Source: Thraustochytrium aureum
Taxonomy: Eukaryota
DNA length: 64,000 nt
Reading direction: 5' to 3'
NCBI GenBank assembly: GCA_012862495.1
Contig: BLSG01000402.1
Location: forward strand, 510,660 to 574,659
Shown: one piece after another, positions 1-11,036 of the stretch
Layout: every line of letters begins with the position of its first letter
Position numbering within the stretch: position 1 is the first letter of the stretch
Translations under genes and position numbers: made by a program
The notes under the pieces: generated by a model
Seen by the model: the letters and a program-made list of their open reading frames with translations, nothing else
Database searches by the model: none
Told to the model about the DNA's origin: nothing

Positions 1-316
1 GACCTGGACCTCGCGCTCGGGCCCTGCTCGGCCATCGCTTCCTCGCTGCCCGCTGCCTGCCTTCCCTGCTCGCCACGCCCGCGCGCGCTTGCTCGACGGG
101 CGTCCCCTGCTCTCGTTCGTTCGAGCTCTGCCCATGCCGTTCTCGTGCGGGAATGGCGCGCACCAGAGCCGCAACGGGTCAGGTGCGTGCGCGCACACGA
201 GGCGACACGCAGGAGCGAACGCGCAGCTGGGGCCAGCGCGAAATGCTTCAGCCGAAGCCAGACGAGCTGCGAGCCGAGCGTCAGGCGACGAGTGGAACGG
301 GGAGGATGCGGCTCAG

Positions 317-555
317 ATGGGGTCCGTCTGCGAAGCGGATTTCGCCCGAGTCGAAGCGGCGATCCTCGCCGCGCTGGCAAAGCCCGACTCGTTCAAGTCT
401 GACTCGGAGAGCATGTCAAAGCTCACGCAGGCCAGGTTCGAATACGACCGCGCAGTCTACAACACGAGCCTCGAGAGCGAGAGGCATGAGCTGCGCGAGG
501 AAAAGAACAAGCTGCGTGAGAGGCGCTACATAGGTACCCTTGTCCAGCTCGGCGC
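317..555 (+). CDS. Hypothetical coiled-coil protein, 5' fragment running into a gap
   Basis: ATG at 317 opens MGSVCEADFARVEAAILAAL...ESERHELREEKNKLRERRY with coding-like, helical composition; truncated by the N-gap at 556. Confidence 0.4.
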
Positions 556-1011
556 NNNNNNNNNNNNNNNNNNNNNNNNNNNNNNNNNNNNNNNNNNNNN
601 NNNNNNNNNNNNNNNNNNNNNNNNNNNNNNNNNNNNNNNNNNNNNNNNNNNNNNNNNNNNNNNNNNNNNNNNNNNNNNNNNNNNNNNNNNNNNNNNNNNN
701 NNNNNNNNNNNNNNNNNNNNNNNNNNNNNNNNNNNNNNNNNNNNNNNNNNNNNNNNNNNNNNNNNNNNNNNNNNNNNNNNNNNNNNNNNNNNNNNNNNNN
801 NNNNNNNNNNNNNNNNNNNNNNNNNNCGCTGGCTCGACCCGCTCGCCCCGCGCTTGGCGAGCAGGCCGCCCTCGTGTCTGCAAGGAAGAAAAATCCCCCT
901 GGGCCAGCCGAGCCTGTGCAGCGCGACCACAAGGGTGCGGCCGTGTGGCAAGCGAGGCTGCCTTTGCCCTCGCCCAGCATCCGCGTCCTGGGTCGACTGC
1001 GAAAATCTTGA

Positions 1012-2089
1012 TCAGGGAAGCCTCTTGCAGAGCGGGTGGGCCGTCATCGCGCTCAGGGCCTCCAAGTAATGCTTGTAAATGTGAACTTCGGCGAAGCACA
1101 GCTCGCAAGTCGCCGTCGTCAGGTTGCCGTCGCAACGCTTGCACGGCGCCGGATCAACCAAACCTGTAAAGTTGCAGACCGTTCCGAGCTGCGAGCCGCG
1201 AGGAAACCGGACGACTGGGTCAAACGGGTTCGCCAGAGCTACGACGTTGGACGCTGCCGAGCTATTCAGACCCAAACGGGCAGCGACGGGTCGAACCCCG
1301 CCGGGGGCGAAGCAGATGGCGGTGGCCTCCTGGCCAAGGCTAGCCAGGCGCATCGTGACGAGCTCTGCTAAGCTGCAGCCAAGGCTGTGTCCAGTCAGGA
1401 GCAAGTCGACGTCCCCCCATCCGCGTTGCAGGGCAGCAGCAAGGGATAGCTGGACGAACGCGGCGGCGTGTGAAACGTAGTCGAGCGCGTCGCGGTCGAA
1501 CGCGTCGCACGACGGCGGCAGCGGCTCCGTCGCGTCCCACAAAACGCGGTCAGCGCAGCGGTCAGAGTCCGAGGTGGTCCCGCCTTTGGCCATTCGTCAG
1601 CTGGCTGCAGCGGCCGTCGGGCGCCCTTAACGAGCCAGACTTACGAAACGCCACAATCAAGCGCTTGTGGTCTTCACCCAGGTACGAGACCGCGTTGAGC
1701 CCGACAGCCGGCCGCCTCGAGGCCAGCTCCACGAACCCCTCAACGGCCTCACCCTCGTCGCCGGTGTACGAGATCTTGGTTGTCTCTGCAGCGGCCCACA
1801 CCGCGTCGCGCACTTGGTCTGGGCTGGCACTTTCGTCCTCGACAACCTCGCGCGCCTCAGCCCACGTCCGCGGCAGTCGCACCGTCCGCCTGGGCGCGTC
1901 CTGCAGCGCCCACTGCAGCCCCGCGCCCACCCCGAGGGCCGCCACGAGTGCGGCAGCGCACTTGGCCGTCGAGGGCCAGGACCGCGCACGGAATGTGCCA
2001 AGCCTGGCCTTGCCCGGCTGCGCCAGGAGGCCGTCCCGCAGCGCGTCCTCGCGCAGCGCGTCCATCCCCTCCTCGACTGAGACCGCCAT
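1012..2089 (-). CDS. Class 3 lipase (alpha/beta hydrolase) with N-terminal membrane anchor; exons 2089-1645 and 1583-1012
   Basis: Removing a 61-nt intron (GTAAGT donor at 1644, CTGAC branch, AAG acceptor at 1584) restores IVAFRGT; nucleophile motif LLLTGHSLG, then D (NPFDPV) and H (EVHIY); hydrophobic AAALVAALGVGAGL segment. Confidence 0.85.
1584..1644 (-). other. Spliceosomal intron, 61 nt
   Basis: GTAAGT...GCTGAC...CCAAAG; splicing joins two ORFs in frame and rebuilds the lipase FRGT motif. Confidence 0.85.
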
Positions 2090-2314
2090 CGCGCTGGCCA
2101 GAGCGATGCTCGCGCGCGCCGCCCTGGGGCCCTGACGACGGCGGCGAGCAGGCCACGGAGTTGGAGCCTCTAGCTAGAGGTCGCTTTCGCGCTCGAGTAG
2201 GCCGGTTGGGAGGCCGACATGCGGTCGGGGCCAAGGGCCGAGGCCGGCGTGTTGGCCGCGGAGTCCGTCCTCGATGCAAGTCTTTGGCCCCAGCCCAGGA
2301 CGGTCGAGCTGGGT

Positions 2315-2374
2315 TCGATGATCTCGCCGCTGGTCGATGATCTCGCCGCTGGTCGATGATCTCGCCGCTGGTCG
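2315..2374. repeat. Perfect 19-bp tandem repeat (TCGATGATCTCGCCGCTGG) x3.2
   Basis: Copies start at 2315, 2334 and 2353. Confidence 0.95.
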
Positions 2375-2557
2375 GGGTTGTCGCCAGGCGTTCCGAGCCC
2401 CCGACGAGGCCAACCGGCGTGGGTGGAGTCAGCTGCTCCGGTTGGGCCAGCTGTGGTGCGAGGCAAGGGGCAATTCTGCGTGGGCTGAAGATGGTTTGGT
2501 TGCTAGGTACTCTACTGACAATGGCGAGCTTGTGCCGTTCGGCGGATGGCCTTTTAA

Positions 2558-4693
2558 TTAAAAAGCAAGAGCGCGATGGTACTCGCAGCGTTCCGACTGA
2601 ATCATGGCGCTGCAGAGGATATACGCCGCCTCTCGAGGCCCGGGCTGCGGCATGCCCACCGCCTCGAAAAACGACAAGAAGTTGTCCAGGCTCTCGATAG
2701 CCTTAACTTCGCGCTGAAACGCCTCGATCATCGGCTGCGAAGGGCGCCCGCCAAGGCGTTCGTACATTTGAAAAGTCCTTCGACGCACTGAGGAGAATGC
2801 GCCGCTTTGGCTCTGGCTCTGCGCAGCGTCGGAGAAAAAGTCGCGAGCCCAGTCGGCCGTGCGAATCAAAAACCTGAGCTGGAACGCCATCAGCTTCAAG
2901 CCCGTCGCGCTTGCCGCCCAGCTCGAGCTGAGGCGCCACTCCGCGAGCTCGCCCCTCCCGTTCATCTCGGCAGTACTAACAAAGGCCAGCTCTGGGTGCG
3001 CTTTCACCACCCAAAAGGCGTTGCGCGAGAGGAGCTCGCCCACAAAGGCCGGGCCGGCCTTGTCCCACGTCTGGTCAGCGAGCAGGAGCAGCGGCAAAAA
3101 GCGCCCCAGGTTCGGGCACGCCGACTTGCGGCGGCCCTCCGCCGCGGAGATGAAGCGCGACACGGAGTCGTTTGCGCGCTCCAAAAACGGCGACCTGGAA
3201 GGGGGCTGCGGCGAAAACTCTACCTCAGAGTCTGCACCGTTTGGGGCAAACTCCCAGTCCGTCGCCGCTCGACTTGCCGGCGCTTTGACACCCATTCCCT
3301 CTTGCCTCAAAGGGCGACTCTGCCAGTCGCTCCCGTTGTCAGAGTCGTCGCAGTCCATTGGCTCGGAAAAGTTGGTTTCTGCAAGCCTGCGGAAGCCATG
3401 CGCTTGATGCACCTGCCGAGCGCTCGCTGCCACTTCAAAGGTCGCAGAAGCGCCCTGCTCGGACAATGCCAGCATCAGGTGGTGGATCGCGCAGAATCCT
3501 TTGAGCACCTTTTCGCTGACGTGCTCGTTGCCCTGCATGAGGAGGACCGCGGTGCTCTTCCAGAGCTCGCCCAAGACAAGGAGCGCATCGTCAACGGCTC
3601 CTCGCGTCCGCTCCACAGTACCGCGCAGGATCTCCTGCACGGACGCCGCGAAGATCTTTCTCGCCCGCTTCCAATGCTCCGCGTTGATTGCGAACGGGAG
3701 GAAAAACGCGAACGTCTTCCCCGTGGACGACCGGCGCACGCCGCCTTGGGAGAACGCGGCGTACGAGATAGGCTCGAGATCGGTTGTGATCGAACTAATG
3801 CAGTCCTTCTTCACGCCGTACTTGAACTTGGTCAGCTCGACGCCGAAGCCAAGCACAATGTCTGGCGATTGGTCAAAGGCGACTTGGGTGATTGCGCAGC
3901 GCAGATCCTCGATTGTGGCGCTTGAGAATGTCGGCGCGAGCGCGGCGGATCGCGCCTCCATGACCTGGTTTTCCATCGCCACACCTTCGGCGCGCTCCGC
4001 AACCGGAAACCCAGAATTGTTGGGCGCACCTGTCGCGCCGACAGTATCCGAGTTGTGACTGTCTGCAGCAATGCTCTGGTAGTATGCGAGAGCCCGTGCA
4101 GCACTTCGAGGTCTGGTGTCAGGCACGTGGCGCGCCAACCAGGACTTCTCCGCGGGCCAGGGGCGGTAGCCACGGTGTCCACACGCGTTGCAGGCGCAGG
4201 AATCTGCAGACTCACGAGCCAACTCGATGTCAATCTGCCTAATCCAAACGTGTTTGTCTTCGTCCACAGTGAGAAATGTGTAGAGCGCCTCGAAGAAGGT
4301 CCGCAGTGTGCGGCCAGGGTGCCAGAGCGCGCATTGAGGGGTCGCCGATGTTTCAAAGAACCACTTGAAGTCTGACACAAGAGAAAAGCATACTCGGTTG
4401 TGCATGACGTGCGAATGCTTCAGTTCCGAGCGCAGGTCAACACTTGGCGCCGAGTTGGGGAAGTCGTGCGGGAATAGAACCGAGAAATGCAGCATGAGCC
4501 CGGGGAAGTAGTCGTGCTGCTCGTCGAAGTACAAATTCCCGTGCCACTCAAACAGATCTTGCTCGAGCGGCGCCACATTGACCCCGTTCACGGGATTCCC
4601 GAGAAGGTCCTGGAAGTTCCACATGAGGCTCTTCGTTGCAAAGCTGTGCGCGCGGCCTTGCCTGGCCGGCGCTGAGCGACCCGCATAGCTCAT
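2558..4693 (-). CDS. Ubiquitin-conjugating (E2/UBC) domain protein with long C-terminal extension, 711 aa
   Basis: N-terminal UBC pattern (DLFEWHGNL, FPHDFPNSAPSV, HSH...VCFSL, WHPGRTL), followed by CNACGH and a ~500-aa helical region. Confidence 0.8.
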   Translation of the reverse strand: MSYAGRSAPARQGRAHSFATKSLMWNFQDLLGNPVNGVNVAPLEQDLFEWHGNLYFDEQHDYFPGLMLHFSVLFPHDFPNSAPSVDLRSELKHSHVMHNRVCFSLVSDFKWFFETSATPQCALWHPGRTLRTFFEALYTFLTVDEDKHVWIRQIDIELARESADSCACNACGHRGYRPWPAEKSWLARHVPDTRPRSAARALAYYQSIAADSHNSDTVGATGAPNNSGFPVAERAEGVAMENQVMEARSAALAPTFSSATIEDLRCAITQVAFDQSPDIVLGFGVELTKFKYGVKKDCISSITTDLEPISYAAFSQGGVRRSSTGKTFAFFLPFAINAEHWKRARKIFAASVQEILRGTVERTRGAVDDALLVLGELWKSTAVLLMQGNEHVSEKVLKGFCAIHHLMLALSEQGASATFEVAASARQVHQAHGFRRLAETNFSEPMDCDDSDNGSDWQSRPLRQEGMGVKAPASRAATDWEFAPNGADSEVEFSPQPPSRSPFLERANDSVSRFISAAEGRRKSACPNLGRFLPLLLLADQTWDKAGPAFVGELLSRNAFWVVKAHPELAFVSTAEMNGRGELAEWRLSSSWAASATGLKLMAFQLRFLIRTADWARDFFSDAAQSQSQSGAFSSVRRRTFQMYERLGGRPSQPMIEAFQREVKAIESLDNFLSFFEAVGMPQPGPREAAYILCSAMIQSERCEYHRALAF

Positions 4694-5037
4694 CGCTCAG
4701 CGCCTGAACGCTCGGCGGGCGACTCTGCTGCTCGATTCCACGCTGAATCGCTTTCGCTTCGCGAGCACGGGTGCCTTGGCGATGCGCTGCACGCGTCGAG
4801 TTTGGCGTCTGCCTGGTGTGAGTTCGGGGTCTGCTCGATCGCTCAACACGCGCCGTGTATCGATTTGTGGGCTTGGTTTCGCCTCCACGAAAGGCAGCTC
4901 GAGTTCGCCGAGCGTCTACGTACCGGCAGATGCTCGAGTAGGAAGTGTGAATCTCCAACAATCTCGCAGAGGGCTGCAGGAACTACCAACACCCATGTGA
5001 GTCCGAGCAATCCGAGTCCGCTTGCTCTCTAGAGCTC

Positions 5038-5075
<38 letters not shown>
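5038..5075. repeat. (GCTT)n microsatellite
   Basis: About 9.5 direct copies in the divergent intergenic region. Confidence 0.95.
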
Positions 5076-5674
5076 GTGAAGGACCTCCGAGTCGTCAAAT
5101 GTGCGCGGCGTCCTCACCTTCGCCTCACCCCCCGGCAGACCGCCGGTGGCCATTTCGAGGAACGCTCGACCCCCCATCCTCGCTTCGCGCACAGCCGACC
5201 CGCCCCGCCGACCTCCAAGTCGTCCATCACCATTTCCTCACCGCCTCGGCAGCGCGCCGGCAGGCCACATTCCACGCCGAGTTGCCAGCGGGAAGGACTC
5301 TGAAGGCGCGACGCGAAAAGAAGAGCTGCTGCCAAACCAGCCTCCAATCCCGCGGAGAGGAGCAAGACTGCCAGCACCGACAGGCAGGGACGCCTCGCCG
5401 CGCCACGGAGGCGGCCCGCTGGCGAGGCTGCGGCCAAGAAGCCAAGCTCATCGATAGAGAGGTACTTCGAGTTCCGGCTGGTTGGCGACCGGCTCGGGCA
5501 AACTGCGTACTTAACGCTCACGCGCGCCCAATTGCACGCACGGGATACCGTAAGCACAGAACCGAAGCCAAGGCGGGCGGCGATCTTTAAACGAGGGCGG
5601 ACACGGAGTGCGCGCGTGGACTGATGACTGGCTGTGACGTCAACGCGCTCGAGGCCGCGAAGGCGGATGCGCCG

Positions 5675-5721
5675 CCAGGACGCTGAAGGGCCAGGACGCT
5701 GAAGGGCCAGGACGCTGAAGG
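5675..5721. repeat. 16-bp tandem repeat (CCAGGACGCTGAAGGG) x3
   Basis: Copies at 5675, 5691 and 5707, ending ~90 bp upstream of the ESF2 ATG. Confidence 0.95.
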
Positions 5722-5810
5722 TTCGGCTGGCGGTAAGCGGCGGAGGAGCAGGCGTCGGCGGTTGCGGTCGTGGCTGCGTTCGCGGTTTGCGGGGGTTTCG
5801 CGCGAGGAGG

Positions 5811-6689
5811 ATGGCGCCCAAGAGGCCGCGACGCGCGCGAGACGGCCAAGCGCCCGAGGAGGTCGAGGCGCACGAGGAGCTGCGGCTGGAGGGCGGTAGC
5901 GATGGCGGCGGTGCGAGCGCCGCGGAGGAGGAACGGTCGCTTGATGGTGGTTTAGAAGAGGCCGAGGAGGGGCTGGGGCAGGACGAGGAGGAGGCGAGCA
6001 AGGCGAAGGAAACGGGGAAGAAGAAGACCAAGGGGAAGAAGCGCGGCGTTGTCTACTTGAGCCATCCTCCCGCGTTCATGAAACCTGTCAAGGTGCGGCA
6101 TCTGCTGGGCATGTTTGGCGAAGTGACGAACCTGTACTTGGAGCCAGAGGACTCGACGATCCGAAAGACGCGCAAGAAACGCGGCGGGTCGTCCAAGATC
6201 AAGTACAAGGAGGGCTGGATCGAGTTTGCTGACCGCAAGGTGGCCAAAGCCGTGGCCCAGTCACTGAACGGCAAGCCCGTGGGCGGGAACCGGCGCAGCT
6301 TTCACTACGAGGACCTTTGGACGCTAAAGTACCTGCCAGGGTTCGAGTGGGCGCACCTGACGGAGAAGGCGGCCTACGAGCGGCGCACGCGCAAGATCCG
6401 GCTTCGCGCCGAGCTGGCAAGCGCCAAGCGCGAGAACGAGCACTACCTGGAGAGCGTGGCCAAGTCCAAGCAGATCAAGGCTATCGCGAGCAACAAGGAG
6501 CAGCGCGCCCACCGCAAGCAGGGGGCGACCGCGTCCGAGGCAGCCGCAGCCAGCGGAGGCGAGCTCGGGCGCAGCGCGCCCGTCAAGCGCACGTTCAAGC
6601 AGCTTGACCCGCTTGAAGAGTACAAGAACAAGCGCGTCCACAAGTCTGCTCCGAAGGAGGAGGACTGGCTCGGCAGTGTATTTACGTGA
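5811..6689 (+). CDS. ESF2: Pre-rRNA processing protein ESF2/ABT1 (RRM)
   Basis: GVVYLSHPP..MKP..VRHLL..FGEV; KYKEGWIEF.D...AK.VA..LNG..VGG; EDLWTLKYLPGFEWAHLTE. Confidence 0.93.
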   Translation: MAPKRPRRARDGQAPEEVEAHEELRLEGGSDGGGASAAEEERSLDGGLEEAEEGLGQDEEEASKAKETGKKKTKGKKRGVVYLSHPPAFMKPVKVRHLLGMFGEVTNLYLEPEDSTIRKTRKKRGGSSKIKYKEGWIEFADRKVAKAVAQSLNGKPVGGNRRSFHYEDLWTLKYLPGFEWAHLTEKAAYERRTRKIRLRAELASAKRENEHYLESVAKSKQIKAIASNKEQRAHRKQGATASEAAAASGGELGRSAPVKRTFKQLDPLEEYKNKRVHKSAPKEEDWLGSVFT

Positions 6690-6846
6690 GGCCTGCGATC
6701 TCGCACCGGACGACGTAGAGCTGGGGCTTTGCGCGCGCAAGCGCAGGAGCCTGCGGCCGCTCCGGCTTTGCGCGTGTGCGCGACGGCGGGGTTTGTAGCG
6801 ACAAGAACAAAGAAAGAAACAATGAATGATCCACATGCATCGCCAG

Positions 6847-9800
6847 CTATTCGGGTTGCTCGCGGGGCGGATCGCCCTCCTCCGCCGGCGCTGCAGCCGG
6901 TGCGCCAGCAACATCTGGCTTGCTCGATCTGCGCGACGAGGTCGAGGGCGCAGAGCGCCCGCCGCGGGGCTTTGCCTTTGCTTCGCGCTCGAGTGTCGAC
7001 CTGCCAAGCATGTCCAACACTGCGGGGTCCATCAGCGGAACGAGTGCGCGCCGAATGTTGCCGAAAATGTTGGGCGAGGTGGCCTCCTCCTTCGCGAGCA
7101 GCTTTTTCACCCGTTTGCGCTCCTGCGGGGCCTCAAAGCAGGCTGGGCAGTTTTCATTGATCACTGGTAGCTTGGCTGCGTAGCTAAAGTCCTTGGTCTC
7201 CTTCTCGCGCACGTAAACGAGCGGCCGTATCACCGTGACGTCGCCCTTCTTCTCCTCGTACTTGGCCATCATGGAGCGCGCCTTGCCATTATGTAACAAG
7301 CCCATCATGAGCGTTTCGGCGCAGTCGTCCAAGTGCTGCGCCAGCACGAGTTTGTTGTAGCCGTGCGTGCGCGCGCACGTGTACAGAGCCCCGCGCTTCA
7401 TGCGAGCGCAAAAGCTGCAAATCGAGGTGCCCTGCAAAGACCCGCCTTTCGCGCGTTCAAAGATCGGGTCCTGCACAAAGTGGTAGGTCACCCCGAGAGC
7501 CTTCATGTATGGGATCAGTGGCGAGGGGTCGAACGCCTCGGTCATAGGGTCCACCGTGCACGCGGCGATCTCGAACCGAACGGGGGCCTTCTTTTGCAAG
7601 TGCAGCAGCACGTGTAGCAGGCACAGCGAGTCCTTTCCGCCGCTCAGACCCAGCAGCAGCCTGTCGCCTTCTTCGATCATGTCCCACTCGTTGATGGCCT
7701 TGCCGACGCCGCGCAATATCGACTTGGGCGGCTTGGCGAAGAGCTTGGCGCCGTCCATTTCCCGTTTGCCAATGAGAGCAGCGCCGCCCGTTTCGTGTCG
7801 GGAGGGTTCTCCGGCGCGCCGGCTGTCGCCCGGAGCGGACCCGGGACCGCGCTTGCGCCCTCGGGAGCTGCCGGAGCTGGATTCGCGTTGGCTCTGATCA
7901 CGTCTGCGGTCCGCAGCGGAAACTTGGACGTGGTCCGCGGTCGAAAGCAAGAGTTGTCCTCGCATATGGACCCAGCACTGCTCGAGGCATCTGGGCCAGC
8001 TTGGAGCACGTGCTTGGGCTCTGCATGGATACCGTTTGCAGCGGCAACCATCTTGGTGCGCTTTGCTCGCACCTCGCCGCCATGGGCGGCCACGACGGCA
8101 GAGCGCTTGCCACCTTCGTCTCGGTCATGGGCGCCTGGTGCTTGTGCATCTTCGTGGTCGTCTCGCGAGCCGTCCATCGCGACTTGCGTGGATCGAAGCC
8201 AAGCCCAGTACGCTTCCGGTTTGAGAACGGCCCGGGCGCCGTCAGTAAGTTGCGGGCCCGGGCGCTCTGAAGCTTGCGCCTCAACGACCGCTGCGGGGGC
8301 GACAGCGCCGCCCACGTCCCGTTTTGGCCCTTGCCCACTGCGCAACTCCTCGAGAGCCTCTGACGGAAGCACGAACCAGCGCAGCGGCGAGGCGCTTTCG
8401 GAAAGCAGCAGCGCCTGGTCCCCAAGCAGCTCTTTCGCGGCGGCGGCGCCGTTCATGAGCTCCTTTGCCCCGGCTAAAAGGCGGTCGTAGTTAGGGGCGA
8501 TCGGTTGCCCCGGTCCTGGTTTCCTCGGCTCTGAAGGAGCTGTGCGTGCGAGGAGGGGGGCGTCTTCGAGCCACAGGCGACCTGGAAACTTGGTGAACCG
8601 GGATTTGTGCTTCCATTCGCCAGTGCGCGTGTTGAAGCGGTACAGGGGCAAGAGCCGCCACCCCGCCTCCGCCACGTCCACAACCGCGCGAAGTATGTAC
8701 TCGACCTCCTCCTCAGAAGCGAAGTAGGCCAGGCTGAGCCGCGTGAAACCCGGCCGCAAATACTCGCAGTGCTTGGGGTCCGCAACGAGCTCGGCCTCGA
8801 TCCCGTCCACTACTGCCCGCTCCATCCCCAAAAGGCGCTGCACGTACGGCCCAGCGCAGGCGCAGCCGCCGCGGGTTTGGATTCCGTACAAATCGTTCAG
8901 GAGGGCAGCAACAAAGTTGTAGTGCAAGAAGAGTCCGTCAGGTGCGCTGCCATGGCGCACGAGAAAGGACGCGATCGGAAGCTGGCCACGAGCCTTGTTG
9001 GACTCGTCCAGCTCGTTCCAGTCAGGCCCAAGCAGGGCGATTTTCGGGTGCGAGCCAAGCGTGTCTCGAATCCGCGCAGCCCAGCGCTCCTCAGCCGCAT
9101 GGATTGCCGCGACGCCAACAGACTGCTTGAGCTGAAACGCAAGCCCAGCCCGGATGGCGCCGACAACGTCCGGCGTGCCGCCCTCCTCGCGCTCGACCCG
9201 GTTGGACAGGTACCGGTGCGAGTCATCCTTGACAAAGTACACCGTACCGCCCCCGGCGCTCCCCTCCGGCGGGCACCTCGTTCTTGAACAGCCGCTTCTT
9301 CGCGACGAGGATGCCTGGCGTGTTCACTCCTCCGGCGAATTTGTGCGGCGACAGGAAGACCGCGTCCTTATGCGCAAAGGCGCGGTCTGGGTGGTCGCCA
9401 GGGAGCACAGGGTTCATGTCAATTGCGCTGTATGGGCCGGCCGCCGCATAGTCCCAGACCGCAAGCGCACCATGCCGGTGAAGAAGCGAGGAGACGGCAT
9501 CCACGTCCTCGCGTACCCCCGTGACGTTGGAAGCTGCCGAAAAGGCACCAATCATGAGAGGCCTCGCGCTGAACTGCGTCAAGAGCTCCCTCAGGTGGTC
9601 TTGGTCCAAGCCGGTTCCACAGGCGTTCTCGCGGACGTTGATGACGTCCGCGCTCGACTCGCGCCAGGGCAGCAGGTTTGAGTGGTGCTCAAAGGGCCCA
9701 ACAAAGACCACCGGACGATGCTCAGCCGCACAGTCACTTGGGAGAGGCACGTGCAGGCCGAGGACGCTGGCGAGCTTGTTAATCGCCCCGGTGGCGCCGT

Positions 9801-10218
9801 GGCCCGTGAACAGCACCACGTCGGTCCGCGAGTTGGCGTTGACTGCTTGCTGAATGATCTGGCGCGCTTCGGCGCGAAAGCAGGTGCTCTGCAGGCCAGA
9901 GATGGATGTGGACGTGTGCGTATTGGCGTAAAAACGGTACACGCTGCTTGCCACGAAGTCCTCAATGGGTTGGTACGCTCGACCGCTCGCCGTCCAGTCG
10001 GCGTACACCAGCGGCTTGGCGCCAAACGGTCCGTCAAACTCCTCGTTCGCGCCAACGATGCCGCATCTGACGGCCTCCATCTTGGCCTCATCAGGCATCG
10101 GCGCTCCATTGCTCTTGCCGCCGCCGGTCTGCTCGGCGCGTCCTTCGTCGCGACCCTTGAGCTCCACGAAACTCCGAAAGGTGCCTGCCTCGTCGAGGTC
10201 GGCCGCGTCCTGTGCCAT
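6847..10218 (-). CDS. ttcA: Fusion of class-V PLP aminotransferase (cysteine-desulfurase-like) and TtcA-family tRNA thiolase, ~1120 aa; two apparent frameshifts (~9262 and ~7770)
   Basis: N-part: YADWTASG, EHHSNLLPW, SNVTG, SPHK (PLP Lys), GGGTVYFV, EEGGTP, GIQTRGGCACAG. C-part: SGGKDS PP-loop, CSFC, AQHLDD, IRPL, CPAC. Three same-strand ORFs overlap; the ~9262 break falls inside the desulfurase domain. Confidence 0.8.
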
Positions 10219-10459
10219 CTCCTTCGCCAGCTGCTTCTCTCGCGGCTATTCTTGTGCGAGCGAGCGCGCCGCGCGCGCTATGTCGGCGGCCTGGCGCCCA
10301 CGTGCGTCAAGCGGCCGCCACAAAGGGGCTCTGCGAGGCCCTCATGTCCAATCAGGCAGCGAGCTTCGCGCTGTTCGCCGGCCCAGTTCCGCTTCCTCTG
10401 CGACACTATGAGGACCACCATCGCCATGTTGTTCTCGTGCGCATGGATTCCGACACGAC

Positions 10460-10795
10460 GACGGCCAGCTCGTCTGACACGAACGCGAGCATGTACGACG
10501 CGCGGGTGCCAAGTAAGCGCCAGGGCGTGAGCTACGAAATGAATTCCGCAAGTCCCGCACGAAGACGGCCAGCTCGCCCNNNNNNNNNNNNNNNNNNNNN
10601 NNNNNNNNNNNNNNNNNNNNNNNNNNNNNNNNNNNNNNNNNNNNNNNNNNNNNNNNNNNNNNNNNNNNNNNNNGACACGAACGCGAGCATTTGCGATGCG
10701 CGGGGACTCATGTAGCCGAGCACTCGACGTTGTTCAGGTACGTTTGCTTCGGAAGGAAACTGCGACTGGAACGACTGAAACGACCAGCTCGTCTG
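10460..10795. repeat. Degenerate ~105-bp-period direct repeat spanning a gap
   Basis: GACGGCCAGCTCG at 10460 and 10564; GACACGAACGCGAGCAT at 10476 and 10674; CCAGCTCGTCTG again near 10784. Confidence 0.7.
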
Positions 10796-11036
10796 GGAAG
10801 CGATTTCTGCGACGGCCGCCTTGATTATCTTTCAAGAAACAGATAGATTTTTGTCCTAAGTAGCCGCTTGATGGCCAAGCAGACGGGGGCCAACATGGCA
10901 ACTCGGAAGCGCGACCCGCCCGGACGCCATCACAAAAAGGAACCGAGACGTCTAATTTTCGCCCTTTCATTTGAGCCAACTAACTCTAGCCCTTTTCGCG
11001 CGCTCGGAGCTCTGGAGCCCATTCTTGCGCGATACG

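Noticed and set aside
2315..2374. Short direct repeats (also 5675, 29114, 33304, 53866) as CRISPR arrays
   Set aside because: Two or three copies, mostly head-to-tail without unique spacers; no cas genes; eukaryotic context
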